From: Marsupella aquatica | Taxonomy: Eukaryota; Plantae; Marchantiophyta | Direction: 5' to 3' | DNA: 64,000 nucleotides | Assembly (NCBI GenBank): GCA_973895155.1 | Contig: OZ316897.1 | Span: forward strand, 1,824,515 to 1,888,514 | Made by a program: the position numbers and the translations under genes | Part shown: one piece after another, positions 61,650 through 64,000 of the stretch | Numbering within the stretch: the first letter of the stretch is position 1 | Layout: every line of letters starts with the position of its first letter | Notes under the pieces: generated by a model | Database searches by the model: none | What the model was told of the DNA's origin: nothing | Seen by the model: the letters and a program-made list of their open reading frames with translations, nothing else

Positions 61650-64000
61650 TCATGTCCTCCCTTTTGATATAAGGCCCCGGATGGTCGTCACCATAAGCTT
61701 GCAATTGATCGGCTTTGTCAAATAGGCGTCCATTCCAACAGAGAGGCACCTCTCTTCATCGCTCGCCAACGCATGTGCTGTTAGAGCCACGATTGGAATG
61801 TGCCTATCTGTATTTTCCTCTGCTTCTCTGATGGCTATGGTTGCGTTGTAACCATCCATTACTGGCATCTGTGGACAGCACAAGTTGAATCCCTTAGCAA
61901 TGCCACTCACAACAATGTCCAGTTACCTCCCAACCGCCTACAGTCAGATGGACAGACTTGAAATGTGAATCTACAGCCAACCCAAGGGTCTTAAGCCTTT
62001 CGTAATGATTGAAGATAAGGGACTACGGTTAGCTAATTATGGAATCCTCTTGCTGAACAGAGATCTAACCAGCAACATCAGGACACCAAATAAATGATTG
62101 TAGAATCCTCTTGCTGGGCAGAGATTTAACCAACAATAAACAGAGATTATGGCTGACTAATTTTATGATATCACATTACCGATTTTACATTCCTTTTCCT
62201 TGGCTAAGCTTTCATGAAGACAACAACATGATAAAATGGACTATAAATAACTACTTATCGAATCTAAAACTAAATCCTCTCGCGGAGTAGAGTTTTGACA
62301 AGAACGACATCAAAATGGGACTGCAGATAGCCCATCATGGACTCGTCTCTCTGAAGAGAATTCGAGAACAATGACATGAGGGTAAGACCATTTCCTATTT
62401 CAGGTTCATAAGATGATACGTACAAAATCATTACAGAATCGAAAAGAAAAGGTATTGAATGACAAGCAGGTGTACATACCGCACAATCCATGAGAATGAG
62501 ATCAAAATGGGGAATGTTGCTCAATCTGTTGGTAGAAGCATCTTGAGTAGCTTCCACTGTCTCTGCCACGGCTCCGACTGCCTGCAAGCCATCTCCTACC
62601 ACAGTAACATTTGCCCCCAGTTTTTGCAGCGTCATACTGACAAGTCTCTGCAGTACTGCTGTGTCCTCCACCAATAGAATATGCATACCGGACAATGCTT
62701 TGTGTACGAAGGCCGATGCTGGACTAGATGCAGCACTGCCTCTATCTGGCCTTGCAGCCCGCTTTTCATTACTACTGGGACCTCCATTATCATCCTTTGG
62801 ACTCGGCTTCCGCTTTCTCCCGAGCCATTCCTCCTCAAGATCTCTAACCTCTACTCCATTCTTCCGCATTCCTTGGCCAACATCAGGAGCAGCGCCATGT
62901 CCTTTAGATTTATTCAACCCACTGGTGATGGGTCCCTCAGGAGTACTTTGTCCACTAACTGCAGGTGTACTCGGCCCACTTAGGGGAGACTCTGGAGTAC
63001 TTGCACTTAGCAGCCTTCGGCCGTCATCGGTACCATACGGAATGTCCACCGGAAGACCTTTTTGAAACCTTTGCAACCCACTGGATGGTGAGTTTGTGTT
63101 GGTAGTCATGTCAAAGACCGTGGACTGCATGTAGAGACTACCCTTCCCATCAGACTGACTCTTCCTCGGAATCTCCGGAGAAGTGGAGGGGGAATCAGAG
63201 TTGCCTTTTGGTACAGTTTCGGCTGTTCGATTCCCGTGTATTAAACTAGATTCTTCACCTGAATGGATTTTAGTTATATTTTGCTGTACATCTACCGAGG
63301 ATCCAGCCAACCGAGTATCTTTCAATAGTCTTTCTGGCAACTGGTACATCAACTCGTCATCGCTTGATTTCCGAGCATTGGAGGTTCTGTGACTGGGCAT
63401 ATCTGAACCTTGTTCAGAAAGACCTCTAGGATCTGTCGAAATGCTACTTTCTAAATTTTTCATTTCCGAGAAAGGTGTACCTGCTGCAGTTGAAGGCCTT
63501 AAAGACAAAGGACTACCAAATAAAGAAGTATGGACCTCCCAATGATGCTGTTCTAACTTCCCAGCTCTAGCCAGAAATGATAACAATCTTCTCAGCCGAC
63601 TCCCATGCAGGGGCTTGTTCAATACCAAGAAGCAACCGTCAGCCTGCAATGCTTGCTTCCACTTCGCCCCACAATCAGGGCCCACCACCCAACTAACTGC
63701 AACTGACCGCTGAAAATGGACTCTTAACATGCTGTCCAGCATATCTTGCATGGGATTTGGAAGCTTCCCAACCTCTGATCTGCTTAAGTTCCCGTCGTTG
63801 GGGCCCAGGACACCGGGATCTACAAAGTTTCTGACGAAGTCTGTCTTCATATCAGGAAGAACCGTTACATCAACCAGTGCCAGAACTGCAGGGAAATTAC
63901 CAGATTCTAATAAGGTCTCTGAGCTTTGGCTCATCCATCCAGGGCTACGATCACCGGTTGGAAAAGAAAGAGAGCCTATCCGACCTCCACCAGGATCATC
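61650..64000 (-). CDS. AHK1: 3' part of an AHK1-like hybrid histidine kinase (degenerate receiver-like region, linker, C-terminal receiver domain); continues beyond the window
   Basis: ILLVEDTAVLQRLVSMTLQKLGANVTVVGDGLQAV...FDLILMDCA spliced (intron 62479-61869) to MPVMDGY...IPIVALTAHALASDEERCLSVGMDAYLTKPI. The frame is open up to the window edge. Confidence 0.85.

Overview
Eukaryotic, intron-containing land-plant DNA; gene and transposon content suggest a non-seed plant such as a bryophyte, which is an inference. 1-3.1 kb is the 3' part of a decayed L1-type LINE. 3472-21043 is the main finding: a ~17.6-kb insertion flanked by 5-bp direct repeats (GTATA) that splits a copy of a Tourist/Harbinger MITE end, with termini that rejoin into an imperfect 26-bp palindrome. 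It carries (i) a Gag(2x CCHC)-aspartic protease-DNMT3-like C5 methyltransferase polyprotein, truncated and without RT; (ii) two tandem paralogous mini-ORFs; (iii) a spliced gene with a ParB/Srx-like domain, a beta-class N6A/N4C-methyltransferase-like domain and probably an FCP1/NIF HAD domain; (iv) a Crypton-type (DUF3504-like) tyrosine recombinase near the right end; and (v) about 28 copies of one 25-bp palindrome, TTGGAY-NNR-GAT-S-ATC-YNN-RTCCAA, in arrays, introns and coding linkers. Together this resembles a large cargo-carrying tyrosine-recombinase transposon with a parS/ParB-like module; this copy is pseudogenised. The rest of the window holds MITEs and foldback elements, two tRNA-derived SINEs, an 18-exon secreted cell-wall protein gene (GGA/FxNN repeats, Pro-Met and SPPPP tracts, Root_cap/VWD-like domain) with a head-to-head inverted decayed copy, a SEN1/UPF1-like helicase remnant, a condensation-domain acyltransferase-like gene, and the 3' end of an AHK1-like hybrid histidine kinase. 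All domain calls come from motif recognition by eye; no searches were run.
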